64,000 nt of DNA from an uncultured Clostridia bacterium (GTDB lineage Bacteria; Bacillota; Clostridia; Christensenellales; UBA1242): contig CALWTF010000010.1 of assembly GCA_944384415.1 (NCBI GenBank), positions 1,990-65,989 of the forward strand, read 5' to 3'. Positions 47,555 to 56,451 of this stretch are shown piece after piece. Every line of letters begins with the position of its first letter. The first letter of the stretch is position 1. The notes under the pieces were generated by a model. That model did not search any database. It was not told the origin of the DNA and saw nothing but the letters and a program-made list of their open reading frames with translations. A program made the translations under genes and the position numbers.

Positions 47555-48442
47555 ATGAAAGATGAAAAAGCAAAAAGTAAAAAACAAGAAATAGATGGTT
47601 TGCGTGATATTGTTCAATCGTTTAACCAAAGTTTAGGTGATGATAGTACAAGCTCTTATTTAATTTTAAAATCTGGTGGAAATTATAAAATTGTTGGTGA
47701 AGAAGCTCTTATTAAACAAGCAATTGATGATTTAAGTGAAGAATTATATAATAACAAAGTTGAAAGTCCTGAACAATTAGAACAAAGAATTACAGAAAAA
47801 ATGCAAGCTATTTATGAAGCTTCAGACTCAAGTATTATTTCAATTAATAATAATAAAAAAGATAATAAAAAACAAACCTTAAATAAATCAAAGTTTAAAC
47901 AAATAAGTTATGATGAGTTTGAAGAAAAAAGAAAAAAATATTTTGATGAAGTGGTTGATTTAACATCAAAATGTTCTCAACTAATTAATAATTTTGAAAA
48001 CCAGTATGTAAAAACAATTGAAAGCATTGATATGTTTAAAAGTCAACGCGAGTATGCTCAAAATGCTAATACTATTAATTTAACTGCTGAAATTTATTCA
48101 AATTTAGTAAAAGAATATCAAAAAGATGCACAAAAACAAGTGGAAACTTTAAGGTCTTATCTTGCTAGTTTAGAAAAATTGGCAACAACCGAAATTCCAA
48201 AAACTATAAATAATCTCAAAAAATTAGAAAACAGTGTAAGTTTTATATATAACTTAAAAGACGAAGAAAAGGTTGAATTAGTTGATGATTTGCAAAGAGC
48301 ACAAATTGTAATTACATTGTTTAAAAAATGTGCTGACAAAGATTGTGAAAAAGAAAGAAAAGATTATAATCAAATAAAATCAAAATTTACAGAAGTTAAT
48401 GATAAGCATAAAACAGTTTTAGATTGTTTGAGCAAAATGTAA
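47555..48442 (+). CDS. Coiled-coil protein, function unknown
   Basis: Charged, heptad-rich sequence with no TM or catalytic motif. ATG 47555 after AAAGGGGAAAA is preferred to the track's GTG 47528. Confidence 0.45.
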   Translation: MKDEKAKSKKQEIDGLRDIVQSFNQSLGDDSTSSYLILKSGGNYKIVGEEALIKQAIDDLSEELYNNKVESPEQLEQRITEKMQAIYEASDSSIISINNNKKDNKKQTLNKSKFKQISYDEFEEKRKKYFDEVVDLTSKCSQLINNFENQYVKTIESIDMFKSQREYAQNANTINLTAEIYSNLVKEYQKDAQKQVETLRSYLASLEKLATTEIPKTINNLKKLENSVSFIYNLKDEEKVELVDDLQRAQIVITLFKKCADKDCEKERKDYNQIKSKFTEVNDKHKTVLDCLSKM

Positions 48443-48465
48443 AACATAGGATTACCTATGTTTTT
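48441..48465 (+). terminator. Rho-independent terminator
   Basis: AAAACATAGG-ATTA-CCTATGTTTTT. Confidence 0.6.
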
Positions 48466-48531
48466 ATATTAATTTAACGGTTATGTTGCATTATAAATTT
48501 GTTTTTGATATTATGAATTAAAAGGAGATTT

Positions 48532-49506
48532 ATGCAAGTTTTAAAAGCTCAAGTTTGTTCTGTTAGCAGAAATAATTGGAAAATATGTGACTTAAAAGGC
48601 TCAAAGATAACAAATGCAGATATTAATAATAGTTTTGTAGGTGAAAGTTTACCCGTTGTTGGTGATTTTGTTGATTATTTTGAAGATGATTGGGGTAACT
48701 GTTTTATTTTAAAAGTTAATGAAAGGAAAAATTTGTTAGCAAGGCATACAAAAGATGTAGACAAAAACATCGCATCTAACATAGATGTTATTTTTATTGT
48801 TTCAAGTTTAAACAATGATTTTGAAATTGAAAAAATGGAAAGATTTTGTTTGATTGCAACGGTTCCCAATTCTAAGATAGTTTTTTTATTAACAAAAAGT
48901 GATTTATGTAGCAATATTGATAAATATATAAATCCTTTAAAAAACCGTTTTCCTGATAATAAAATTATAGTATTAAACAGTAAAGACATTAACGATGTAA
49001 ATCAATTATTTTCTGTTTGGAGGAAAAACGAAACAGCAATTTTTTTAGGTAGTTCGGGTGTGGGGAAATCAACTTTAATTAACACATTGTTGGGGGCGGA
49101 AGTAGCAACAACATTTGATGTTAGAGAAAGTGATGACAAAGGCAGACACACTACAACTGCTAGAAATATGTATTTTTTAGATAATGGAAGAAAAATAATT
49201 GACACACCAGGCATTAGAAGCATTCAAAGTGCACAAAATCAAAATGTTCAATTAGCTTTTGATGAAATTGCCGATTTAGAAACAAAATGCAAGTATAATA
49301 ACTGTTCGCATACAAGTGAAGATGGTTGCGCTGTTAAAAAAGCCTTAGAGTGTGGTATACTTAGTAAAAGCGAATTTGAAAGATTTAAACGAATTCAAGC
49401 TAGCAAGGAAAGATTAACAGATAAAGGCAAGTTTGAACTTCACAAACAAACAAAATTTTTAAAAACAAAAAAAATTGAAAGTAGAAACAGGAAAAAACAA
49501 AAATAG
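48532..49506 (+). CDS. rsgA: Ribosome small-subunit-dependent GTPase A (RsgA/YjeQ)
   Basis: Circularly permuted GTPase order: G4 LTKSD, G1 GSSGVGKST, G3 DTPG. C-terminal zinc knuckle CKYNNCSHTSEDGC. Confidence 0.9.
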   Translation: MQVLKAQVCSVSRNNWKICDLKGSKITNADINNSFVGESLPVVGDFVDYFEDDWGNCFILKVNERKNLLARHTKDVDKNIASNIDVIFIVSSLNNDFEIEKMERFCLIATVPNSKIVFLLTKSDLCSNIDKYINPLKNRFPDNKIIVLNSKDINDVNQLFSVWRKNETAIFLGSSGVGKSTLINTLLGAEVATTFDVRESDDKGRHTTTARNMYFLDNGRKIIDTPGIRSIQSAQNQNVQLAFDEIADLETKCKYNNCSHTSEDGCAVKKALECGILSKSEFERFKRIQASKERLTDKGKFELHKQTKFLKTKKIESRNRKKQK

Positions 49507-49551
49507 TATTTTTGCTTGTTAATTTATTAAATAAAAAAAGAAATAAAACTA

Positions 49552-49580
49552 TTTACAATATGTTTTTTTTGTGATACAAT
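49552..49580 (+). promoter_or_regulatory. Extended -10 promoter (TTTACA-17 nt-TGATACAAT) with a T8 tract in the spacer
   Basis: -35 at 49552-49557 and -10 at 49575-49580, with TG at 49572-49573. T8 lies at 49563-49570. Confidence 0.5.
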
Positions 49581-49607
49581 TAATAGTGTAAAAGGAGTTT
49601 ATGTTTT

Positions 49608-50069
49608 ATGAAAAATATTTCTTATAATAAAATTCAACTTTCTCCGGCTGCAACATGTTTGTTTAATGCATATGGTGCAATGGGGTTAATGCCAATGGGT
49701 AAACCAATTGTTGGCAGGTCTAAAAGTCTTTTAGCTGTTATGAGTGGTAGAGATTACAATGGAAAACGAATGTCTCCTGTAGTTGTTGATTTAACACAAA
49801 AATTAGATAAAAAAGTTTCTCGTGAATATACTGCTGATACTAGTTTGGCAAATGTTTTGGAAAGTGTTGCTTTACCTGAAAGTATAAATAAAGAAATTGG
49901 TGTTGGAATAACCTTTTTCCGTGAAGGTCATTTTGAACAAGCAACTGAAATATTTGACTTAGCATTATCAAAATCTCCATATTCCGAATCTTATTTTAGT
50001 AAAATGAGAAGTTTAGGGTATGTTTTGGACAACGAGGCAAAACAAGAACAATCAAAAACTTTAATGTAA
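49608..50069 (+). CDS. Hypothetical protein (153 aa)
   Basis: AAAGGAG SD. One TPR-like helix pair (GVGITFFREGHFEQATEIFDLALSKSP). Otherwise no motif. Confidence 0.4.
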   Translation: MKNISYNKIQLSPAATCLFNAYGAMGLMPMGKPIVGRSKSLLAVMSGRDYNGKRMSPVVVDLTQKLDKKVSREYTADTSLANVLESVALPESINKEIGVGITFFREGHFEQATEIFDLALSKSPYSESYFSKMRSLGYVLDNEAKQEQSKTLM

Positions 50070-50099
50070 ACAAGTGTAATTTTTTACGCTTGTTTTTTT
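50068..50099 (+). terminator. Rho-independent terminator
   Basis: AAACAAGTG-loop-CGCTTGTTT with one G-T pair, followed by a T run. Confidence 0.55.
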
Positions 50100-50197
50100 A
50101 TTATATTTGTGTATTAATTGATTTTTTTTATAAAATTATATAAAATAATAATGTACTGTTTATGTTAATAAAATATTTGTGGAGGGATAAGGTGATA

Positions 50198-53100
50198 ATG
50201 AAAAAGAATGTTTTAATTTTTGCTTTTGCTTTTATTTTAATGTTACCTTGTGCTGTTTTATTAATGGCATGTGGTCAACCAAAAGAAACTGAAATTAAAG
50301 CAACAATTAATGGTGTATCAATAACTGAAAGTAATAATTCAGTAATTATTGATTATGGAGATTACCAAAGTTTTAATGAAATACCTTGGGATAATTTTAT
50401 TTCAGTTAAATTATTATATAATAACAATACTCAAAAAGATTTAAAATTTGGCAATAATGGATATGCTATTAGTGGATTTACAGAAAATTTAAACGCAAAT
50501 GAAGAAGGTTATGAATTAACCATTTCTTATAATAATTTAAATACTATAAAATTTAAATTAATTGTAAACAAACTTACCGTTGATATGGCTAATGTTCATT
50601 GGGATTATGAATCAACTAACCCTTTTGTTTATGATGGAACATTAAAATCTGTTAAAATAGTTGGATTGCCTGAAAATTTTACAGTAACATATAGCAATAA
50701 TAGTAAAATTAATGCTGGCAATTATACTGCCTCTGCAAAAATAGACTATGATAGCAATAATTATAAACTTATTAACAATTCAATTCCTCTTAGTTGTAAT
50801 TGGGAAATTTTAAAAGCTCAAAATGTAATTACAGGTGAAATATTGTTAAATGATTGGAGTTATGGTGAACAACCAAATGTTCCAACAGGATTAACTGCTC
50901 AAAATGGTGATGTTACTTTTAAATATTATGTTCGTAACAGTAATATGGAATATGAAGAAATAAGCGCACCTACTGTATCAACAAATTCGGGAACATATTA
51001 TGTTGTTGGTTCTTCTTCTGAGGGCGAAAATTGGGTTTCTCAAACAACAAATTATAAAGAATTTAAAATAACACCAATTAGTTTAATTAATCCAACCTTA
51101 AATGAAAATAGTTTTATTGTTAGTGGTTCATCTATTACCCCAACAATTCAAAATATGCCAGATGATTTACTTGTTGAAGTAACTGGTGATAAAAGTGCAA
51201 CACAAACTGGTAGTTATTCTATAACTATTGCTTTAAAAGACAAAGTAAATTATAAGTGGCAAAATGCGAATGATTTACAATCATATACATATGATGTAAT
51301 TTTAAATTGGGAAATAATAGACAATCCTTTCCAAACTATAAAAATAAACAATAAAACTTTGCAACCACAAGACTTTGCTAACATTAATGAATTAAAAATT
51401 AATGATATATGGCAAGTCGAATTAAGTAGTGATTATAGCTTTTCTTATGAACATAAATATAAAAACAAAGAAACAGGTGAAATTAAAGTTGAAACTGTTG
51501 AAAATGTTTTTTCTGCTACTGTAACTGCTTTTGATGATTATTTTAAATTTTTAGTGTTTAGTGATGGTGAATTAATTTATTCAAAAACTTTAAATGTTAA
51601 TAAGGATATTATAGAAAAAGTTATAATTAATTCAGATGAAATAACATTTGATGAATTTGTAGCTAATCCAATTTTAGATTATGGTTCAGAAATTTCAATT
51701 ATATTTAAAAGTGAATATGCAAACGATTTTTCTTTATCAATTTCAAATCCTTATTTAGTTGTTTCAAGTGATACAATTTATATATATAATGAAATATATA
51801 ATGAAAGTTTTGTTTACTACGAAATTGATTATATTTGTAATTATGATTTTTTAACAAATATTAAAATAGATAATGCTAATATTACAATTAATGAATTAAG
51901 GGAATTATCTACCGTTTCTTATGGAAGCACTATTGAATTTGATGTAAATGAAAAATATTCTGATTTAGTTAATGTATATTTGAATATTAATAGTAATGAA
52001 GAACTGTTAACAGGTAGTAAAAGCATTGTTTTTGATAAATTTGATAATTTCCGTTTTAGTTTTAAACTTAAAGAAAATGGCTCATATATATTTGAAATTA
52101 ATTTACGACCTATTCTGTTTGATAGCATAAGTATTAACAATAAGGAAATACCTTTAAATTCTATTAATTATTCATATGAAATGGATATGAATGAAAATGC
52201 GTTTGAAATTTCAATTGATGAGAAATATTTAAATGACTATCAAATTTTTTATGAAACAAATAAAAATTATAATCTGGTTAAATTAACAAGTGCTACACTA
52301 AGTTTAACTATTGATGAAATTGGTGATTGTTTATATTTAATAATAAAAACAGAAGATTCTACATTAACTGCATTATATATTACATTTTTAAGTTTTAATC
52401 CAATAAAATCAGTTAATGCACAAATTGTTAATTATTATAATGGTACAGATAATAACCCATTATATATACATGATAATAAAGCAGATTTAACAATCAACAG
52501 CGGAGTAATTAAAGGTTTAGTTTTTGAATTTAAAAATGGTTATGAAGCTTGCACATATAAAATATTTAATGAAGAAGGAAATGAATTACAAAACTTTTCA
52601 GTAATAAAATCAGGAATTTATACTTTTAAAATTTATTTAGATGAAGAAATTTATTCATTTAATTTAAACTTAAATTATTATTTTTATAATTTGTTCAGTG
52701 ATTTAAGATATATTGGTTCTAACGATATTCCAACACTTGTTACAAATAAAAGTGATTTGGAATTATCTTTAGATGATACTGAGTATTTTACAAATCAAAG
52801 AGTTACATTTAACAATAAAAATTCAATTAATTTAAATCTTGGTCAAAATTTGGTTAATGTTGTATATACTTTTGCTGTTAATCAAATAAATTATTCTTAT
52901 GCTTTTAGTATGTTTGTCGAATATACAAGTGAATATCCGAACGATTATGTTGACAGCATTTATATAAAATGCGAAGATATATATAATAATAGTTATGAAA
53001 TATCATTTGATAGTAACTTAATGTATTCAAATTCAAGTGCTCCTATGGGTGATTTAATCAGAGTTACAACTAATAATATAATTATTACCACTAAAAACAA

Positions 53101-54346
53101 CTATAGTGTTGTTTCTAAATCAATACAAGTTAGTAGTGATAAAACTCAATGCTATTTAGAATATACAATTGATGTTTCTGGTGAACAGAAAACTTTTAGA
53201 GCATTTATTGGAACAAATGGAACTATTTCTAACAGTACTGAAATTGAGTTAAAATATGGTGATGTTATACAAACAAGTCAAGATGTAACCGATTTAATTG
53301 TTAACAACACTTTTGAGATAGAAAAAGTTAATATTGAAGGTAAAATTGAAATTATTTTAAAAGATGATAGTGCAAGAATAGAAACATATTATGGCAATGA
53401 ATTAATTTCGAAAAATTATAATATTTTAACTATTAATAAAACTGGAAATTATTATATAAAAATAACTTCTTCAGATAATACAGCAACAAGAACTATTACA
53501 GTAATAGTTAATGAATATGAAGCATTATTATTTGAAGTTTATTATGATGAAAATCGTTTATACTTATCTAATGGCGATAATGGACCTGTTGGCAATGTAA
53601 AAATTTTATATGATGAAGTTAATGAAAATATAATGTTTTTAGGTTATTTTGGTGATAAGAACCCAGATGATATTTCAAGTGTTACATTATCAGGTAGTTC
53701 GGTATATGAAAATATGTTGTTTTATTCAGATAAAACAACACCTATAACAATAACAGATTTATCTAATTTGGTTTTAGATTTAATGTTAGATACAAACAAT
53801 ATTATTCCAAATGTTGGTGGGGCACAGGTTGAATATGTTTTAATTTATATGATAATGGAAACTCAGTTATATCCTGTTTACTTTGTATTTGCAAATCCAA
53901 CATATCCAATGTCATTTAGTTTTGATGTTAATGATGATAATGTAATAGATGAAAATGACACATCGGTTCAGTTAAATGTTAATTTAAATGATATTAGAAG
54001 AGGTATTGTTGATATAGGAGACTTTATTTACAAAAAAACATCGGTTGAAATTGAGTTAACAAGAGATCAATTAGGAATGAGCAAAACTGAAAAATCAGTG
54101 GTTACAACAATAAAATGGAATAAAACTTTTACAGATTTAAGTTATAAATTTTCTACAAAAGAATTAACAGGTTCAGATATTTCAGGTTTAATAGGACCTA
54201 GTGAAGAGGATACTAAAATAACGCTTAATTTTGAAGAGCAAGAAAATGGATATTTAGTGGCAACTATTTATGTATGCTCGGAAGGAGCCACAAAAGAAAC
54301 AATTAGTGATTATTTGGTTCCTGTAAATTTTATATTAATTGATTAA
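50198..54346 (+). CDS. Large surface lipoprotein (approx 1382 aa) with MBG/Ig-like modules near the N-terminus
   Basis: MKKNVLIFAFAFILMLPCAVLLMAC-GQP lipobox after GGAGGGATAAGGTG SD. Segments such as YDGTLKSVKIVGLPENFTVTYSNNSKINAGNYTASAKI resemble MBG (YGX-type) adhesin modules. The remainder is Asn/Ile/Tyr-rich with no recognisable domain. Confidence 0.75.
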   Translation: MKKNVLIFAFAFILMLPCAVLLMACGQPKETEIKATINGVSITESNNSVIIDYGDYQSFNEIPWDNFISVKLLYNNNTQKDLKFGNNGYAISGFTENLNANEEGYELTISYNNLNTIKFKLIVNKLTVDMANVHWDYESTNPFVYDGTLKSVKIVGLPENFTVTYSNNSKINAGNYTASAKIDYDSNNYKLINNSIPLSCNWEILKAQNVITGEILLNDWSYGEQPNVPTGLTAQNGDVTFKYYVRNSNMEYEEISAPTVSTNSGTYYVVGSSSEGENWVSQTTNYKEFKITPISLINPTLNENSFIVSGSSITPTIQNMPDDLLVEVTGDKSATQTGSYSITIALKDKVNYKWQNANDLQSYTYDVILNWEIIDNPFQTIKINNKTLQPQDFANINELKINDIWQVELSSDYSFSYEHKYKNKETGEIKVETVENVFSATVTAFDDYFKFLVFSDGELIYSKTLNVNKDIIEKVIINSDEITFDEFVANPILDYGSEISIIFKSEYANDFSLSISNPYLVVSSDTIYIYNEIYNESFVYYEIDYICNYDFLTNIKIDNANITINELRELSTVSYGSTIEFDVNEKYSDLVNVYLNINSNEELLTGSKSIVFDKFDNFRFSFKLKENGSYIFEINLRPILFDSISINNKEIPLNSINYSYEMDMNENAFEISIDEKYLNDYQIFYETNKNYNLVKLTSATLSLTIDEIGDCLYLIIKTEDSTLTALYITFLSFNPIKSVNAQIVNYYNGTDNNPLYIHDNKADLTINSGVIKGLVFEFKNGYEACTYKIFNEEGNELQNFSVIKSGIYTFKIYLDEEIYSFNLNLNYYFYNLFSDLRYIGSNDIPTLVTNKSDLELSLDDTEYFTNQRVTFNNKNSINLNLGQNLVNVVYTFAVNQINYSYAFSMFVEYTSEYPNDYVDSIYIKCEDIYNNSYEISFDSNLMYSNSSAPMGDLIRVTTNNIIITTKNNYSVVSKSIQVSSDKTQCYLEYTIDVSGEQKTFRAFIGTNGTISNSTEIELKYGDVIQTSQDVTDLIVNNTFEIEKVNIEGKIEIILKDDSARIETYYGNELISKNYNILTINKTGNYYIKITSSDNTATRTITVIVNEYEALLFEVYYDENRLYLSNGDNGPVGNVKILYDEVNENIMFLGYFGDKNPDDISSVTLSGSSVYENMLFYSDKTTPITITDLSNLVLDLMLDTNNIIPNVGGAQVEYVLIYMIMETQLYPVYFVFANPTYPMSFSFDVNDDNVIDENDTSVQLNVNLNDIRRGIVDIGDFIYKKTSVEIELTRDQLGMSKTEKSVVTTIKWNKTFTDLSYKFSTKELTGSDISGLIGPSEEDTKITLNFEEQENGYLVATIYVCSEGATKETISDYLVPVNFILID

Positions 54347-54364
54347 TAGTTATAAATTTGAAAT

Positions 54365-54395
54365 AAAAACTAGCAAAAATTTTGCTAGTTTTTTT
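54365..54395. terminator. Bidirectional hairpin terminator
   Basis: AAAAACTAGCAAA-AAT-TTTGCTAGTTTTT between convergent genes. Confidence 0.65.
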
Positions 54396-54493
54396 ATTAT
54401 TAAACAAAAAATAACAATATAGTTAACATAAATATTATATTAAGTTACAAAAAATAAATATTATGTTGTATTTTTTATGTTATTATTTTTTGA

Positions 54494-55321
54494 TTATATA
54501 AATAATTTATTAGTTAAATTAACCATATGTTTATATTTTTTTGTGTTATTAAACTTGCTTCCACCAGTTATAAGCAGTTTATTTTCTTTGCAAAAATTTA
54601 ATAACAGATTTGTTTGTTCTTCGGTATAGTCTGGCGAGTAAACCTCAACTCCATCAATTCTTTTTTCTTTTATAATTTTTAATAAATCATTTAAGTTTAA
54701 GTTATAACTAAACGGTTCAGCTAAAAAGGTTTTACCTAAATAACTATGAATTATTTTATTTAATTCGTCTATGCTTGGATAAAGCGTGTTTATATTTACA
54801 TATAATGGATAATTAGGATTTGTAGTTATTAAATTGTAAAATTCAATGTTGTTTTTAGGCATAAATTTTTGAAATATTTTTCTATTGTTAAAGTTTGATT
54901 TTATATTTCTTAAAATAAATTCGTGTGCAAATTCTCGCTTGCTATTCCATTGCATATTCGGGTCAATCATTAGTCCCATATCTTTACATTTTTTTATCAA
55001 ACAATTATACATTTTTTCTTGACGGGTTGATACAGCTTCATAATTATTATATGCCCATTGTTGTATTTGCTCAACATTAAAATTATAAGCTAAAATTTTT
55101 AATGTTGTTTCATTATAGCTGACATCAAATTCGGCACCTGGTATTATTATACCGCTGTAAAATTTTGAAATATTCATTTGTTTTACTGCAATATGAGCTA
55201 TAGCAGTGTTTCTATCAGTTATTGATATTACTTTTAAATTATTTTTTTCAGCTACCTGTAAAATTTTTTCAATGCTTGCTTTACTGTCTGTGCACAAATT
55301 AGAATAAATAATTAAATCCAT
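54494..55321 (-). CDS. PHP-domain-like protein with substituted metal-binding histidines
   Basis: Colinear with the PHP phosphoesterase N-terminus, but DLHxHS reads DLIIYS, ITDH reads ITDRNT and HILGY reads KILAY. Confidence 0.6.
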   Translation of the reverse strand: MDLIIYSNLCTDSKASIEKILQVAEKNNLKVISITDRNTAIAHIAVKQMNISKFYSGIIIPGAEFDVSYNETTLKILAYNFNVEQIQQWAYNNYEAVSTRQEKMYNCLIKKCKDMGLMIDPNMQWNSKREFAHEFILRNIKSNFNNRKIFQKFMPKNNIEFYNLITTNPNYPLYVNINTLYPSIDELNKIIHSYLGKTFLAEPFSYNLNLNDLLKIIKEKRIDGVEVYSPDYTEEQTNLLLNFCKENKLLITGGSKFNNTKKYKHMVNLTNKLFI

Positions 55322-55350
55322 ATTAACTCCAATTGCGATTTATTTTAACC

Positions 55351-55379
55351 ATTATAACAATTTTTATAATATATAGCAA
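55351..55379 (-). promoter_or_regulatory. Extended -10 promoter (TTGCTA-17 nt-TGTTATAAT) for the PHP-like gene
   Basis: On the minus strand, -35 is at 55374-55379 and -10 at 55351-55356. Confidence 0.5.
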
Positions 55380-55462
55380 ACAATTTATGTTATATCAAAC
55401 TAAGTTTAATATTTTATATGTAAATTGATTTACATATAAATTTAATTATTTTTTATTCAGTG

Positions 55463-55491
55463 TTGACATTTGTTTATTTTTACAGTATAAT
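55463..55491 (+). promoter_or_regulatory. Sigma-A type promoter (TTGACA-17 nt-TATAAT) for tRNA-Arg
   Basis: Perfect hexamers at 55463-55468 and 55486-55491, about 27 nt upstream of the tRNA 5' end. Confidence 0.65.
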
Positions 55492-55518
55492 ATACATATT
55501 CAAAGTAAAAATTGTTTT

Positions 55519-55595
55519 GCGCCGTTAGCTCAGCTGGATAGAGCGTTGGTCTACGGAACCAAAGGCCAGGGGTTCGAATCCCTTACGGCGCACCA
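55519..55595 (+). tRNA. tRNA-Arg (anticodon ACG), CCA encoded
   Basis: Hand-folded cloverleaf: acceptor GCGCCGT/ACGGCGC, D stem GCTC/GAGC, anticodon stem TTGGT/ACCAA with loop CTACGGA, T arm AGGGG-TTCGAAT-CCCTT, discriminator A, CCA. Confidence 0.95.
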
Positions 55596-55625
55596 AATAA
55601 AATTATATTACAAATGCTATTATGG

Positions 55626-55657
55626 AGATTTTAGAGATTAATCTAAAATCTTTTTTT
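55626..55657 (+). terminator. Rho-independent terminator after the tRNA
   Basis: AGATTTTAGA-GATTAA-TCTAAAATCT followed by T6. Confidence 0.7.
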
Positions 55658-55817
55658 ATACATTTTATTTAAAATTATTGTCAAAATGTTTTTAAAATAC
55701 ATACGATAAATTTTTATACAATGCATTATTTTTTTTTATAAATATTTTAAAATGGTAATTAATATTGTTACTTTATTTTTTATGTTTAATATGGTATTAT
55801 TTTGTATGGAGGTATAT

Positions 55818-56339
55818 ATGAATAAAATAATTGAATGTTTAATATCTAGAAGAAGTTGTAAAAATTTTAAAGATAAACAAATAGATAAAGAAGATTTAGA
55901 TTTGATTTTAAAAGCTGGAACATATGCTCCTAACGGAAGGGGATTGCAATCTCCAATAATTTTAGTATTACAAGATAAAGAAAAAATTGCAAAATTATCA
56001 AAATTAAATGCAAAAATAATGGGTGTTGATATTGACCCTTTTTACAATGCCCCAACTGTTCTTATTGTAATGGCAGATAAAAATGTTTTTACTCATATTG
56101 AAGATGGTAGTTTGGTTTTGGGTAATTTGATGAATGCTGCACACAGTTTAGGTTTAGGTTCCTGTTGGATACATCGAGCAAAAGAAGAATTTGAAACTGA
56201 TGAAGGAAAAGAGCTATTAAAGCAATGGGGAGTAGATGAAAAATATGTTGGTATAGGTCACTGCGTTTTAGGATATGCAAATGGAGAGCTTAAAGAAGCT
56301 ATTAAACGAAAAGAAGATTATGTAAGATTTGTTAAATAA
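55818..56339 (+). CDS. Nitroreductase family protein
   Basis: RRSCKNFKDKQI...APNGRGLQS and GLGSCWI motifs. ATG 55818 after GGAGG; the track's 22-aa extension was dropped. Confidence 0.85.
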   Translation: MNKIIECLISRRSCKNFKDKQIDKEDLDLILKAGTYAPNGRGLQSPIILVLQDKEKIAKLSKLNAKIMGVDIDPFYNAPTVLIVMADKNVFTHIEDGSLVLGNLMNAAHSLGLGSCWIHRAKEEFETDEGKELLKQWGVDEKYVGIGHCVLGYANGELKEAIKRKEDYVRFVK

Positions 56340-56451
56340 AACTATAATTGCAAAATATACAAATATCTTTATAATTTATTTAATTGATGAAAATTTGATT
56401 TTATAAAAAAATATGATACAATGTGCTAACTTAATTAGTAAGGGTGAAAAG

